From the NCBI RefSeq assembly GCF_032444005.1, contig NC_091282.1, positions 766,444,001 through 766,508,000 of the forward strand: a DNA stretch of 64,000 nucleotides. The letters run 5' to 3'. The DNA comes from Ranitomeya imitator. Lineage: Eukaryota. Position numbers and translations under genes: made by a program. The notes below the pieces were generated by a model. It did not search any database and was not told the DNA's origin. It saw only the letters and a program-made list of their open reading frames with translations. Positions 23,383 to 34,724 of this stretch are shown here, piece after piece (within the stretch, counting starts at the first letter, position 1; every line of letters begins with the position of its first letter).

Positions 23383-24652
23383 GTATATGTCATTAGACAC
23401 ATATATGTATATATATTATTACTTCATACAGCGCTAGATAGCTTTAAAGCCGGTAATTCAATTGCCGGCTTTTGCTATCTCCTTCCTAAACCCGACATGA
23501 TTTGTGACATGGTTTACATACAGTAAACCATGTCATATCCCCATTATTTTTGCATATTCCACACTACGAATGTTAGTAGTGTGTATGTGCAAAATTTGGC
23601 CATTCCATCTACTAAATTAAAGGGTTAAATGGCGGAAAAAATTGGCGTGGGCTCCCGCGCAGTTTTCTCCGCCAGAGTAGTAAAGCCAGTGACTGAGGGC
23701 AGATATTAATAGCCTGGAGAGGGTCCACGGTTATTGGCCCCCCCCTGGCTAAAAACATCTGCCCCCAGCCACCCCAGAAAAGGCACATCTGGAAGATGCG
23801 CCTATTCTGGCACTTGGCCACTCTCTTCCCATTCCCGTGTAGCGGTGGGATATGGGGTAATGAAGGTTTAATGCCACCTTGCTATTGTAAGGTGACATTA
23901 AGCCAAATTAATAATGGAGAGGCGTCAATTATGACACCTATCCATTATTAATCCAATACTAGTAAAGGGTTAAAAAACACAAACACATTATTAAAAATTA
24001 TTTTAATGAAATAAACACAAAGGTTGTTGTAATATTTTATTCAACGCCCAATCCAGTCACTGAAGACCCTCGTTCTGTAACAAAAAAAAATAATAAACCA
24101 ACAATATCCTTACCTTCCGAAGATCTGTAATGTCCAACGGTGTAAATCCATCTGAAGGGGTTAAAATATTTTGCAGCCACGAGCTTTGCTAATGCAACGT
24201 TGTTCGTGGCTGCAAAACCCCGGAGAATGAAGGTAATGTAGGTCAATGACCTATATTTACCTTCATTTGCGGTGAGGCGCCCTCTGCTGGTTGTCCCTAG
24301 ATCGTGGGAACTTTCCTAGAAAGCTCCCAGGCTCGAGTTCATATGAGGGCGCCCTCTGCTGGTTGTCCTAACACCGCTGCGTATTTCTCGCAAGTCACAC
24401 TGCTGGTCCGTGTGTAATCCGTATTTTTGGGGCTTCCATAGACTTTCATTGGCGATTTTTTTGTGCAATACGGTGACAAACGCAGCATGCTGCGATTTTC
24501 TACGGCCGTAGAAAGCCGTATAATACTGATCAGTAAAATACGGCAGATAGGAGCAGGGGCATAGAGAATAATTGTGCCGTTTGTTTTGCGAGTTTTACGG
24601 ACGTATTTTCTGCGCTCTTACGTCCTTAAAACTCGCAAGTGTGACGGCGGCC
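23093..24652. mobile_element. Larger non-autonomous Harbinger-like element
   Basis: Right end ...GCAAGTGTGACGGCGGCC followed by TAA; degenerate left TIR; internal short duplication and a (TA)n tract. Confidence 0.5.
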
Positions 24653-24784
24653 TAAGACAGATGGCATATTTATGGGAAAACTTGTCTTTCCTTTTTGGAG
24701 CAGGATCCTTGTCTCCATTAAAAGAGGAGAGAAGTAACAAAAAGTGTAACTGCTCCAAAGATAAAGAGACACCAAAGCCAGGCA

Positions 24785-25708
24785 CCTTTTTTTCGGACTA
24801 TAAGATGCACTTTTTTCCTCCAAAAATGTGTCGGAAAATGGGGGGTGCATCTTATAGTACGGATGTACCGGCTGAGGTGGGGGAATGATGGAGCAGCGCG
24901 TCACAGAGGCCGAAGCCGGCTGCTGCAGCTGACTCCTATGCCCGCTGCTAAAGAGAAATTGAATATTCACTCCACTCCACGGGTATGGAAAGGAGTGAAT
25001 ATACATTTTTCTTTAATAGCGAGCACAGTATTATGCGCTGCTGCCCAGCGTTCGAGTGTGCCAGCTACTTAGGCAATGAATATTAACTACATTCCACTCC
25101 CATAGGCATGGAATGTGGTGAATATTTCTTCCCTTTAAAAGCGGCACACTTGAAAGCCGTGCGGCTCACATTGTGCTCGCTAAAGAGCAATGAATACTCA
25201 CTGCGCTCCACGCACACAGTTCTGCATGGAGAAAAGTGAGTATTCTGGCAGCTGCCCTTGGTGGCTTGTAAGCAGCGCATGACATCCCTGCCATGCGCTG
25301 CTTACAAGCATAAAGCAGCTGCTGGCACCGGAGCAGGACGCTGCAAGAGCGCCAAAAGAAAGTAACAATGTTTTTTTTCTTTTCTGCTAGGGGCCATGCA
25401 TACCAGGATGTGGATGGGGGCCAATCATACAAGGATAACGATGGTACCATGCATACCAGGATTGGGATTAGGCCAATCATACCAGGATAAGATGGTGTCC
25501 CTGCATACCAGGATGGGGCCACGCATACCAGGACAGAAATGGGGGCCCTGCATGCCAGGATAGAGATAAGGGAGCCATGCATACCAGGATGGGGGATATT
25601 AAATCGAGAGTTTTACATTTTTTGCTTCAATTTTTCAAATGTCCTCCTTTAAAACCTAGGTGCATCTTATGGTCCGGTGCGTCTTATAGTAAAAAAAAAA
25701 AACACGGT
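24785..25708. mobile_element. Tc2/pogo-like non-autonomous element with an internal ~28-bp GCATACCAGGA repeat (25395-25590)
   Basis: Degenerate TIRs TTTTTCGGACTATAAGATGCAC and GTGCGTCTTATAGT...ACGGTA. Confidence 0.5.
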
Positions 25709-26306
25709 ACCTACTGAATTCGGGACAGCGCTGGGTTCTGTAGATGCAGAGCATGAAGCACGACCACCCTCCATCATAACACAGACCCAACCTTGTGGTG
25801 TCTTCAATCTGGGATCCTTATGGAGGAACTGAGATCCCAGCACGACATCTTGATAGGATGATCCTCCCCCTCTTCTTGGAACGTCTCCAGGTGCAGATGA
25901 TTCCAGACTATTACTGGTGTGCTCAAACTCAGAGAGCACCAAAAGATTATGCCCTGGCCAAGCGCTCCAGAAGTCTCCCCGGCAAGTTTTTCCATTGTGG
26001 ATCGCAAACGGAAGTGACGTCACATGTCCGCAACTTCGCATCTGATATCACTTCTGGCTACCGCCTGAGGCAGAGGAGAGCCGGGGAGCTTAGAGAGGCC
26101 CCCAGCTCCTGCTGCCTTGCTTTACACGAACTGTAAACATAAGGATGAATGACCTCGGGGAGATCAAAACATCCAACACCGCGGAGACACCATCACGTGT
26201 TTCTCAACGCAAGCAATAAATAGCCAGGTCTTTCACCGGGAATGAACAACCACGGGAAGGGCAGCATCCAAAAGGAAAACCACCTATGCCAAAACATGGT
26301 ATACAT

Positions 26307-26349
26307 CCACAGACAGCTGTTTCGGGGTATTTGTCCCTGATCAGTGTGG
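26307..26349 (-). ncRNA. Minimal type I hammerhead ribozyme motif, degenerate copy
   Basis: Minus strand CCACA-CUGAUCA-GGGACAAAUACCCC-GAAAC-AGCU-GUC-UGUGG. The core differs from CUGANGA at G8 and stem II has one mismatch. Confidence 0.72.
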
Positions 26350-26500
26350 AGTAGGAAACTGGCTATTAGTAGCAGTGCCTGGTAAAAGGACTATAAACAT
26401 AAGGATGAATGACCTCGGGGAGATCAAAACATCCAACACCGCGGAGACACCATCACGTGTTTCTCAACGCAGTGATCCAGAACACTGCCCCCATCCCTTA

Positions 26501-26823
26501 GGCTAGGTTCACATTGTGTTAGCAGCAGCCCGTTCAGCACATACGCTAACGGGCTGCTGCTAGCGCAAGTGCCTGCGCAAATCACGCTAGCGCAGATTGA
26601 GCTTCTGCTAGCAGTGACGGACCCGGAAACGCTGCAGCCAGCGTCTCGGGTCCGTCACTCAGTGATGGAGCATCACTGGCGCATGCCCATTCTGGGCGTG
26701 CGCTAGGCGATGCGTCCGACATTGCATTCAATGTCGGCGTTAACGGAGTCAGTTACACCGCGTTATGCCGCGGTGTAACGTACTCCGTTTAACGTTGCCC
26801 CTGAACGCAATGTGAACCAAGCC
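26501..26823. mobile_element. PIF/Harbinger-type MITE nested in the hammerhead-bearing element
   Basis: TIR GGCTAGGTTCACATTG, TSD TTA/TTA. Confidence 0.87.
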
Positions 26824-27529
26824 TTATGGGAAATATGCAAATGCATGTTTAAAAGCTGCGGAGACACCATCACGCGTTTCTCAACGCAAGCAATAAACAG
26901 CCCGTGGTTGTTCCTTCCCGGTGAAAGACCTGGCTATTTATTGCTTGCGTTGAGAAACACGTGATGTGTCTCCGCGGCTTTTCTACATGCATTTGCTTTA
27001 CACGAAGGCGCAGGAAGGGTGGAAGAGTCCCGTGTCCAAAGGAGATGGGAGCAGCTCACAGGAGGGCAAGGCCAGAGCGATGAACCTCAGCTGCCCGGCT
27101 CAAAACATGTCAAATAGGCAGTCTGTCACAGAGCACCACAGCAGGACCTGCTTATGCCCCATAAGGACAGGAAAAAGCATTGCAGAGAAGAAGTGCAAAA
27201 ATACTGTAAGGGTCCAGCGATCTGACAATATATTCTGGGTTCAGGCCAAAAGCCGGGGTTCTGCCCTGAATTAACAGAATCAGAGAAGACCCGAGGTCGG
27301 GCATTATGACCTGAAAACCACGCGGCCATGTGAATGGTGTTCTAGGAAACAACACCAGCGCGCTCCGCTGCCTTCGTAATCCTGACTACCGCTGGCAGCT
27401 GCTGCAGATCATCACCAGGTTTAGGCTGTGGGCGATTTTGGCCACAGCGAGAATGTAGTCGCACTGCAAACCTCAAGTTACCTCTACCAATGGCTCAGAT
27501 TTTTTGTAACTTGCAGCTCGTAATGTGAC

Positions 27530-27795
27530 CACATTCACTTCCATGATGCAATGTAACAAAGTGATCTTTGTGTTAGGGAAAAGTCAGACGGACATATAAG
27601 CCAAACAAGGATCGCAACGCAGTGCCGGACTGGCCGGCAGCTTCACCGACCTGAGTGTGCCAGCTTCATGCTCAGGTCAGGAAGGTTGCCTGGTCAGTCC
27701 AGGCATTGCTTTGAGATCCTCGTCTGGGTTATATGTCTGTCTGACTTTTCTCTAACACAAAGATCGCTTTAGTCCACTGCATCATGGAAGTGTGA
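27530..27795. mobile_element. Hairpin MITE, with a related copy at about 56975-57135
   Basis: Imperfect inverted repeat centred on CCGACCTGAG...CTCAGGTCAGG. Confidence 0.55.
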
Positions 27796-29177
27796 CCGCT
27801 TTATGCTTGGGTCAGGAAGGTCGCCGGTCAGTCCAGGCATCTCGTTGTGATGCCCCGTCTGGATTATAAAGCCATCTGACTCTTCAATTACAGACATAGT
27901 AGCCACAGCCTTGGTGGTATCTCTGATCCATCGGGGGGCTCAGCTGTCATTCACCCTTGGGTTCCCACTGTTGATCACAGGGCTTGAGATAGCACACATC
28001 CATGGCACGTTGCCTTTAGCAAAGACCATCCGTTACATAGAATGCAGTGCACAATGTATGTTAAGGAGTTAAAGGGGTGCATCCAATGGTGATAATAGCC
28101 AATTGGGGTTCTTCAGGGAAAGTTGTAAAAATTGATTCTCCAACAGCATCGGCGGCTCAGAACATTTCTAAAAAGAAAGAAAAATCTGGCAATCTGAGTG
28201 CTTTGCTTTATGGCTGCCTGCTGCAAATTCCGGTAAAAGTGACATGTTAATATGGCCACGTATTCTATGCTTCTCCCCCATTTTGTACATTCGTTAAAGG
28301 GGTTGCCTTATCTTGACAATCCCTTTTACGCGCTCTATAGAAAGTCTGGATATCACAGACCAGACATCCCCTTTAGGGCCCATCATGGATGGCCGTTTGG
28401 TGCAGCCAGTCCATTTAATACCACACAAGTGCTTGGATGCGCACAACTGTCAATAAGGGGCAACATGTCCTGTGCCTGGAGCTAGAAGCTTCCGGCCACC
28501 ACACGTCTTGTATTACTTTACATCCAGCCAAGAACTCAGACCAGACGTCTCTGCATAAATAAAATTTTATTTTTTTCTTATTTTAGGCCAAGACAATAAG
28601 AAACAATAGCCAGAACCGACCGGTCACCGGTCCCGATATCTTCACACATTCATACAGTACATGATTATTACAATCTGATGAGACAATAACTGTCCACTAT
28701 AAATAGCAGGAAAATAATATTAAAGAGCTACCAAGAAAATGCTGCAATCCTCGGCTCAGAGGGAAAAAAGGGGGAAACTGAAGGGAGGAATGAAATCTGT
28801 GAGATTAAGAAAAACGGATCAGCTTTGGTTTTCCAAGAAACAGCGCCACCCACATCCGTGGCTGCATCTGGTATTACAGTCCGGCCCTATTCAATTACAA
28901 TACAAGATGCAACCAATGGACAAGGAGAAACGCCTTTCTAGGGGGGAGGGAACCAATAATTTCATAAGGATTTACACTTACAACCCCCTTGTTTTCTGGA
29001 AAGGCAAGCGAAGTTCACAGATTGATGGTTAAAAGTGGAGTTCCTCCTTAAGTCGGCATTCTGTGTGTGAACTAGGGTGAAGCGCAGCTGATTTTACCTT
29101 GTGAATCTGACATTACCCAAATGTGCGTCAATTTCCACTCCGGATTTTATCTGCACCTCGTGGATTAATACTTACAG

Positions 29178-29372
29178 CAGGGGTGTCAAACTGCATTCCT
29201 CGAGGGCTGCAAACAGGTCATGTTTTCAGGATTTCCTTGTACTGCACAGGTGATAATTTAATCACCAACTCATTATGTGTGTAGGTGATTAAATTATCAC
29301 CTGTGCAGTACAAGGAAATCCTGAAAACATGACCTGTTTGCGGCCCTGGAGGAATGCAGTTTGACACCCCTG
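29178..29372. mobile_element. hAT-type MITE downstream of the GSKIP stop codon
   Basis: TIR CAGGGGTGTCAAACTGCATTCCTC, near-perfect palindrome, 8-bp TSD ACTTACAG/ACTTACAC. Confidence 0.88.
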
Positions 29373-29965
29373 ACTTACACTATATTAAAAATCCCACAGA
29401 TTGGACAGCTCCGTGTACTGAAGAGGAGGCCAGAAAGCAGAGGATTCTGGGAGTTGTAGTTTAGCAAAAGCCACTCAGTATCTACCTAGGACTACAGGAA
29501 CACAGTGACTATCAGCCATGCAGGATAAGCGCCATTTTTGTTTTTTTCTCCCTCTTCCCTTATTCCTAGGTCTTTTAACAGTTACGAGTTAACCCTTTAT
29601 GGGCTTGAGTAAATCCGGGCGTGGAGGGGGAGATAGGCGCAAGACTAAACCAATAATAAATTTTTAATACAATCTTATATCCTGCAATCTTCCATGTACA
29701 TTATAATTTCCTGCTTTCAAGATCTCTGCTTGCAGTCAGTGAAAAGTGACATTCTGCTGTTTGCTTAGTCCTAGCAGCTGAGGGCTTGCTACAATGTATT
29801 GGTGCAGGCAATGACATTGGATGAAACTGAACAACACCATGGCGGACTGTCTATGTAGGGCAAGCGATTCGATTTTTGCTAAAATACTGTGTGTAGGGAA
29901 TAGCCAGCGGGTGAATTATGAGATGGGGATTTAAAATAAGAATAAAATCCGTATCTGTGCAGCGA

Positions 29966-30127
29966 TCAGGACTGTCCATCGTTTTTCAGTGCCTCTAGCC
30001 TCCGGAGCAGTGCGTTCCCGAAAGCTTCGCGGTACGCAGGACTGAGAGAGTCCAGTAAGGAGTAGATGGTCTCGTGGTACTGACTGCAGCAGCCTTCATC
30101 CACGTAGTCGTATGCAAAGCCGACCAC
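29966..30127 (-). CDS. GSKIP: GSK3B-interacting protein, last coding exon ([12 protein letters not shown]...[20 protein letters not shown])
   Basis: 162 bp with a cag acceptor and TGA; the two exons give 139 aa. Confidence 0.96.
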   Translation of the reverse strand: MVGFAYDYVDEGCCSQYHETIYSLLDSLSPAYREAFGNALLRRLEALKNDGQS

Positions 30128-30846
30128 CTGAGGGGACAAGCCAGGGAAGGATCAATGAATGCAAACTGAAAATAAAAGCTGCAATGATGAGCGTCCACAC
30201 CCTGCCAACAATATCAGACCCTTACCCGGGCAGCCATTTCTCACTTTCCTTTTTTCCTTCCCTTCATCCATAGCCATCACTTTTTCTATTTTTCTAACAG
30301 CGTCGCGGTATGATGTTGATGTTTTATTAGACACCGATCGCTTTACCACGTAAGGTATCGTAAGGCCATCATTTTTTTCACTTTAGATTTTATGCCAAAC
30401 GCTAAAATAAATCCAGTAAGTTTTTTCTACAGGTCAGGACGGCGATGGGGACAGCAAATGTATATTTTTCTTGTTTTATTACTTTAAATAAATAAAAATC
30501 TTGGTTCCGGTCGCCATATTCTGCGGTACAAGCTGTCGTCTCTATCTTGGCCGTCTTGGGAGTTATACGACTTTTTCTGATCTCTTTTTATTCATTTTTT
30601 TTCTCTTTTAACAAACTGCGATTTTGACATTTCAATTCTTATTCTGTTTCAGTACTCGCTGCATAGGGTAAAGATGATCATTTTTGTTTAGTTTTTTTTT
30701 AAACTAGATTTTGCTATTTATGTTTTGGGATAAAGGGCGATGATATGAACTTGTATATATTTTTCATCCTTTTTTTTTCCCATCTATATTTTTTACATTT
30801 GTTAATGGTTCCACCCTATAGGGGACATAAACCTTCAGCCGTCTGA

Positions 30847-31211
30847 GGCTATGTGCACATGCTGTAGATTTTGCTGCGGATCTGCAGCGGTTTTCCCTGA
30901 GTTTACAGTACCATGTAAACCTATGGAAAACAAAATCCGCAGTGCAAATGCGGAAAAAAACGCGCGGAAACGTAGCATTGTTTACTCTGCAGCATGTCAA
31001 TACTTTGTGCGGATTCCGCAGCGGTTTACACCTGCTCCGTAATAGGAATCCACAGGTGTAAAACCGCAGGTGGAATCTGCACAAAATCCTCAAAAAAACA
31101 CAGTAAATCCGCAGTCACTCCGCAGGTAATCCGCAGTGCGGTTTACCTGCGGATTTACCAAAATCAGTGTGGAAAATTCCGCAGGACTTTCAGCAACGTG
31201 TGCACGTAGCC
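30847..31211. mobile_element. PIF/Harbinger-type MITE in a GSKIP intron
   Basis: TIR GGCTA(T/C)GTGCACA, 3-bp TSD TGA/TGA. Confidence 0.8.
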
Positions 31212-31632
31212 TGAGGGCTTCGAAAATACAGCAGTGTAAATCCGATCTGTGGCACCTGCTTACAGGCTAACAAGGTAGATTCAGGGGCTTACAGTAGGCC
31301 CCCAGCTGCCACGATAACCCATAGTATCATGATAAAATTAAAGGGGGGGTAGTTGTCAAACACACATCCCTCCCCCCAACCGAATCTTCTCTTAAATGCA
31401 GCTGTCATTTAGTAAACGTTCGTGTTCGGACCTAGCGTTGACCGCAGCTGTTACTCTCTAGTGCCAGCTATATAAGATGTAAAGGGATAATCCTGCTCCT
31501 CGCACATCCGCATAAGAAGGTTACAGCTGCTTCTGAGGTGGCGTGTGTCGGCCGTTCACCCGCTATTGTACTAAAGGGACGGGTCGAATCCGCCATCAGA
31601 TATCAGCAGCTCTCACCTGTACCACGACTCAC

Positions 31633-31890
31633 CCTAAGGCCGGCATCGGTCAGCTCCAGGCAGTACCTGGCCCCCTCCTTTATCTCCACGTTGATGTAGG
31701 CCACGTCCACAGCACATGGTAAGTTCTTGGACACGAACATGTTGGCGACGGCGAACAAGACATCATTTACGACAGCTTCAGCCTCCATCCTCATGTCCTT
31801 CACGTCCGTCCCTTCCACGTCTCGCAGGTCCGAATCGCTGTCGTAGATGACGTTAATCGGCAGCTCTAGAGGATTACAGTCCACTTCCAT
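31633..31890 (-). CDS. GSKIP: GSKIP first coding exon ([11 protein letters not shown]...[17 protein letters not shown]...[11 protein letters not shown])
   Basis: 258 bp, AGG/gtgagt donor, acceptor just upstream of the ATG. Confidence 0.96.
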
Positions 31891-33856
31891 TCTCTGCATG
31901 AAGACAAATGAGAACAGTGTAATAAAACAAGCGATGGGTGCCCAGATTAATAGAAGCAAGACTTAAAAGGGATGTTCCTAACATGGCAGTACCCATGAGT
32001 AGCCAAGGAGCAGGATGTGGTGTTCTGGGTGATCTCCGGTATTAATGGCATAACCTAAGAACAGGCCGTCCATATCTAGGTCCTGGACAACTCATTTAAA
32101 GGGGATGTCTTATAAAAGCCAAAATAGAACACAAAAAGTTCTACAACTTTCTTGATCGGACATAAAGTGTTTGGGGGTCTCGGAATGACACCCTCTGCCC
32201 ATACGCTCTGTACGATATGTCATCTCTGATGACGCCACGCAGCACTTATTTTCCCGTCTTTTTCAGTACTTGGAATGGTAAAATGGATGGCACCATACAA
32301 AACTACAACTATCATAATACAAGGAGAAAGATATAGAGCATTGATGAACATTTCATTAAACAAACTTTATTCCAAAAATGGTACAAAGACATATAATTTA
32401 ATATCTGGTATCATAAATTAGTAATAAGAGCAAAAATGAATGCTTGAAGATAGTGAATAGCCACACACTAGTTGCAGGCAAACAAAGGCACTAGTGTGCC
32501 TGGCCTGAAAAGCAAGCACCCATGCATACAGCAAAAAATGTCCATAATAGGACTCCATAGTGGCACCATAGATCATGGTGGCTGACATGGGGGCAAAACT
32601 TACCAGGTACGAGGGCAGGGTGGGGAGACAGCCGGGAGGTGGTCCCCGACGCGCGTTTCGCGGCCGCACAGTGCCCAAGGGGATAACTGTATTGTGCCCA
32701 AAAGGACCTTAAAATAGCCCCACCTCCCGGCTGTCTCCCGGCTGTATTATGATATGTTTTGAGTGGATTTAGTGAGTTCGGGGGTGATTGGCTATATTTT
32801 CGCCAGACCTCGTTTCCTTACATTATGCAGTTGGGATCTCTGTTTTCAAAACTACAACTATGTAGGTATGGACGGAAGTATAAAAATAAAAGTTATGTCT
32901 CTTGGAAGAAGGTAAAGGGAAAAATTAAAGAAAAAAAAAATGAAAACCAAGTGCAAATTTAAGAGATTTAAAAGTGTGTTTCAGACAAGGAGAATTATTT
33001 AAAGGGGTTATCCAGCCGATTAGAAATATTCTCAAGAAGGCGTGCACTGGTGTAAAATGGATGACTCCATGCTCGCCCTCACCTATCCCTTGTAGCTGCT
33101 GTCACGGTGCTGACCTCTAGGGATGGGTGAACCTGAACGGTAAAGAGCAGGCGTACGATGATGAGAGTATTCATCAGCCGGCGACTGTGCAATAAATAAA
33201 AATATGGCGTGGGGGTCCCCTCTATTTTTGCAAACCAGCGCAGGCAAAACCGACAGCTGCGGGTGACAACCTTCTAGCTGGTTATCAAAAATAGAAGGGT
33301 CCCACACTGGTTTTTTTTTTATTATTTATTTAGCGTACAAGTGCCGGGTGATCAATACTCCCATCAGCAGCTCCTGCTCTCACTGTTATTAGCGGCAGCA
33401 GGTGTCGGATGATTAGATCAGTAGTCCCATCAGCCAACACCAGTGACTGGAGGTAAACTTCATACCTCTGATCATAGCTGCAGGCGCACGCTGTCATTTC
33501 ACAGCAGGGGCACCGAGGCTCTCTGACCGGTGGGAACAATTTTACCACCAACCAGAGACAGTGTTTGCCGTCCTGTCATGCACATGAAAGCGTGGCAAAC
33601 ACTGGATGCTTTGTGCCCCCATTTAAGTGAATGGCGACCATGCCCCATTCTGGTACCTGAACCAAACTTTTATTTTTAACTGTTCGGCCAGACCCAAACA
33701 CCCACGGGTTCACCCATCACCAGCACTGTACTGACAGCAGCCAATCAGAGAGCAGCTTATATCTCCTCAGTAGAGATGTGAAAATGAAAGCTGCACTCTA
33801 ATTGGTTGCTATGGGTAACAAGAGCAGAGGGCCAGCGTAGGGATTGCAACAGCTAA

Positions 33857-34072
33857 GGCTGCCGTCACACTAGCAGTATTTGGTCAGTATTTTACCTCAG
33901 TATTTGTAGCCAAAACCAGGAGTGGGTGATAATACAGAAGTGGTGCATATGTTTCTATTATACTTTTCCTCTGATTGTTCCACTCCTGGTTTTGGCTACA
34001 AATACTGATGTAAAATACTGACCAAATACTGATGTAAAATACTGACCAAATACTGATAGTGTGACGGCAGCC
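33857..34072. mobile_element. PIF/Harbinger-type MITE
   Basis: TIR GGCTGCCGTCACACTA, palindromic body, TAA/ATA flanks. Confidence 0.78.
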
Positions 34073-34140
34073 ATATGCACACACACACACAATCTAACGC
34101 AGAAATAAAGAATAAACAAAGCACCTCCCACATCTCTCAC

Positions 34141-34235
34141 CTGCTCAATTCCGTCAACTACTGCGAACGATTCCGTACAATCACGACACTTCCGGTAAAG
34201 TGTCATGTCACCTGACGTCACTTCCTGTCCAAATA
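34141..34235 (-). other. GSKIP: Candidate non-coding first exon of GSKIP
   Basis: Strong CAG/GTGAGA donor at 34141 just downstream of the promoter motifs; the TSS is approximate. Confidence 0.55.
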
Positions 34236-34620
34236 AACCACTGGCTAAATGATTGTCACCTAACTGTAGGATGTGCGGCCATTTTCTGGTAGATTATTTT
34301 CTGTAGAATAGAGGGGAATAACCGTAGACAAACTGGCTTCACTGTCGGTGCAAAGTGACATCAGATGCCCTGGAATAAAATGGCGACTTATGGCAGTGCA
34401 GCCACTTCCTGTCACATGACGTGACGTCATTGTTTATGTCTAGTAGCGACCACCAGACGCGCGCAGAGCCGGGGAGCACCGGACGTTTCTCTGCCCCCGG
34501 CTGCGCGGAGGAGCCTTGACTGCTCTCCGGACACTGACCCCGGCCCCCTGCGAGGCTGACTGGACGGACACGTGTGGCTGCGGCGCCGCCGGTGCGACTC
34601 GGTGTATCCCTGTGTCATAG
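34185..34620. promoter_or_regulatory. Bidirectional GSKIP/ATG2B promoter
   Basis: CRE TGACGTCA at 34213-34220 and 34422-34429, adjacent ETS CACTTCC sites, YY1-like AAAATGGCG at 34377-34385, GTCACATGAC at 34411-34420, CpG-rich 34430-34620. Confidence 0.75.
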
Positions 34621-34724
34621 TGACTGCGGCACCTGTCGTATGTGGTCGCATCGCCTTGTCATCTGCAGACCGATGTCTGGAAATGCACGATTGTGTTCTA
34701 GTTGTGTGACTGTGCGGCTGCAGC

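Larger units (their letters stand above)
26131..26992 (-). mobile_element. Penelope-like non-autonomous insertion with partial tandem plus inverted arrangement and a 14-bp TSD
   Basis: TTGCTTTACACGAA at 26117-26130 and 26993-27006; ~260-bp direct repeat period; inverted copy at 26890-26980. Confidence 0.78.

Noticed and set aside
25795-26136. 113-aa ORF near a CGGAAGTGACGTCA motif
   Set aside because: No recognisable domain or splice context; probably repeat-derived.
31891-31959. N-terminal extension of the GSKIP ORF in the track
   Set aside because: Intronic read-through upstream of the acceptor; the ATG at 31890 gives the conserved 139-aa protein.
32620-32745. Possible second hammerhead (minus strand GAAACGCGCGUC)
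   Set aside because: The stem III half is present but no CUGANGA core is found; at most a decayed Penelope-like remnant.
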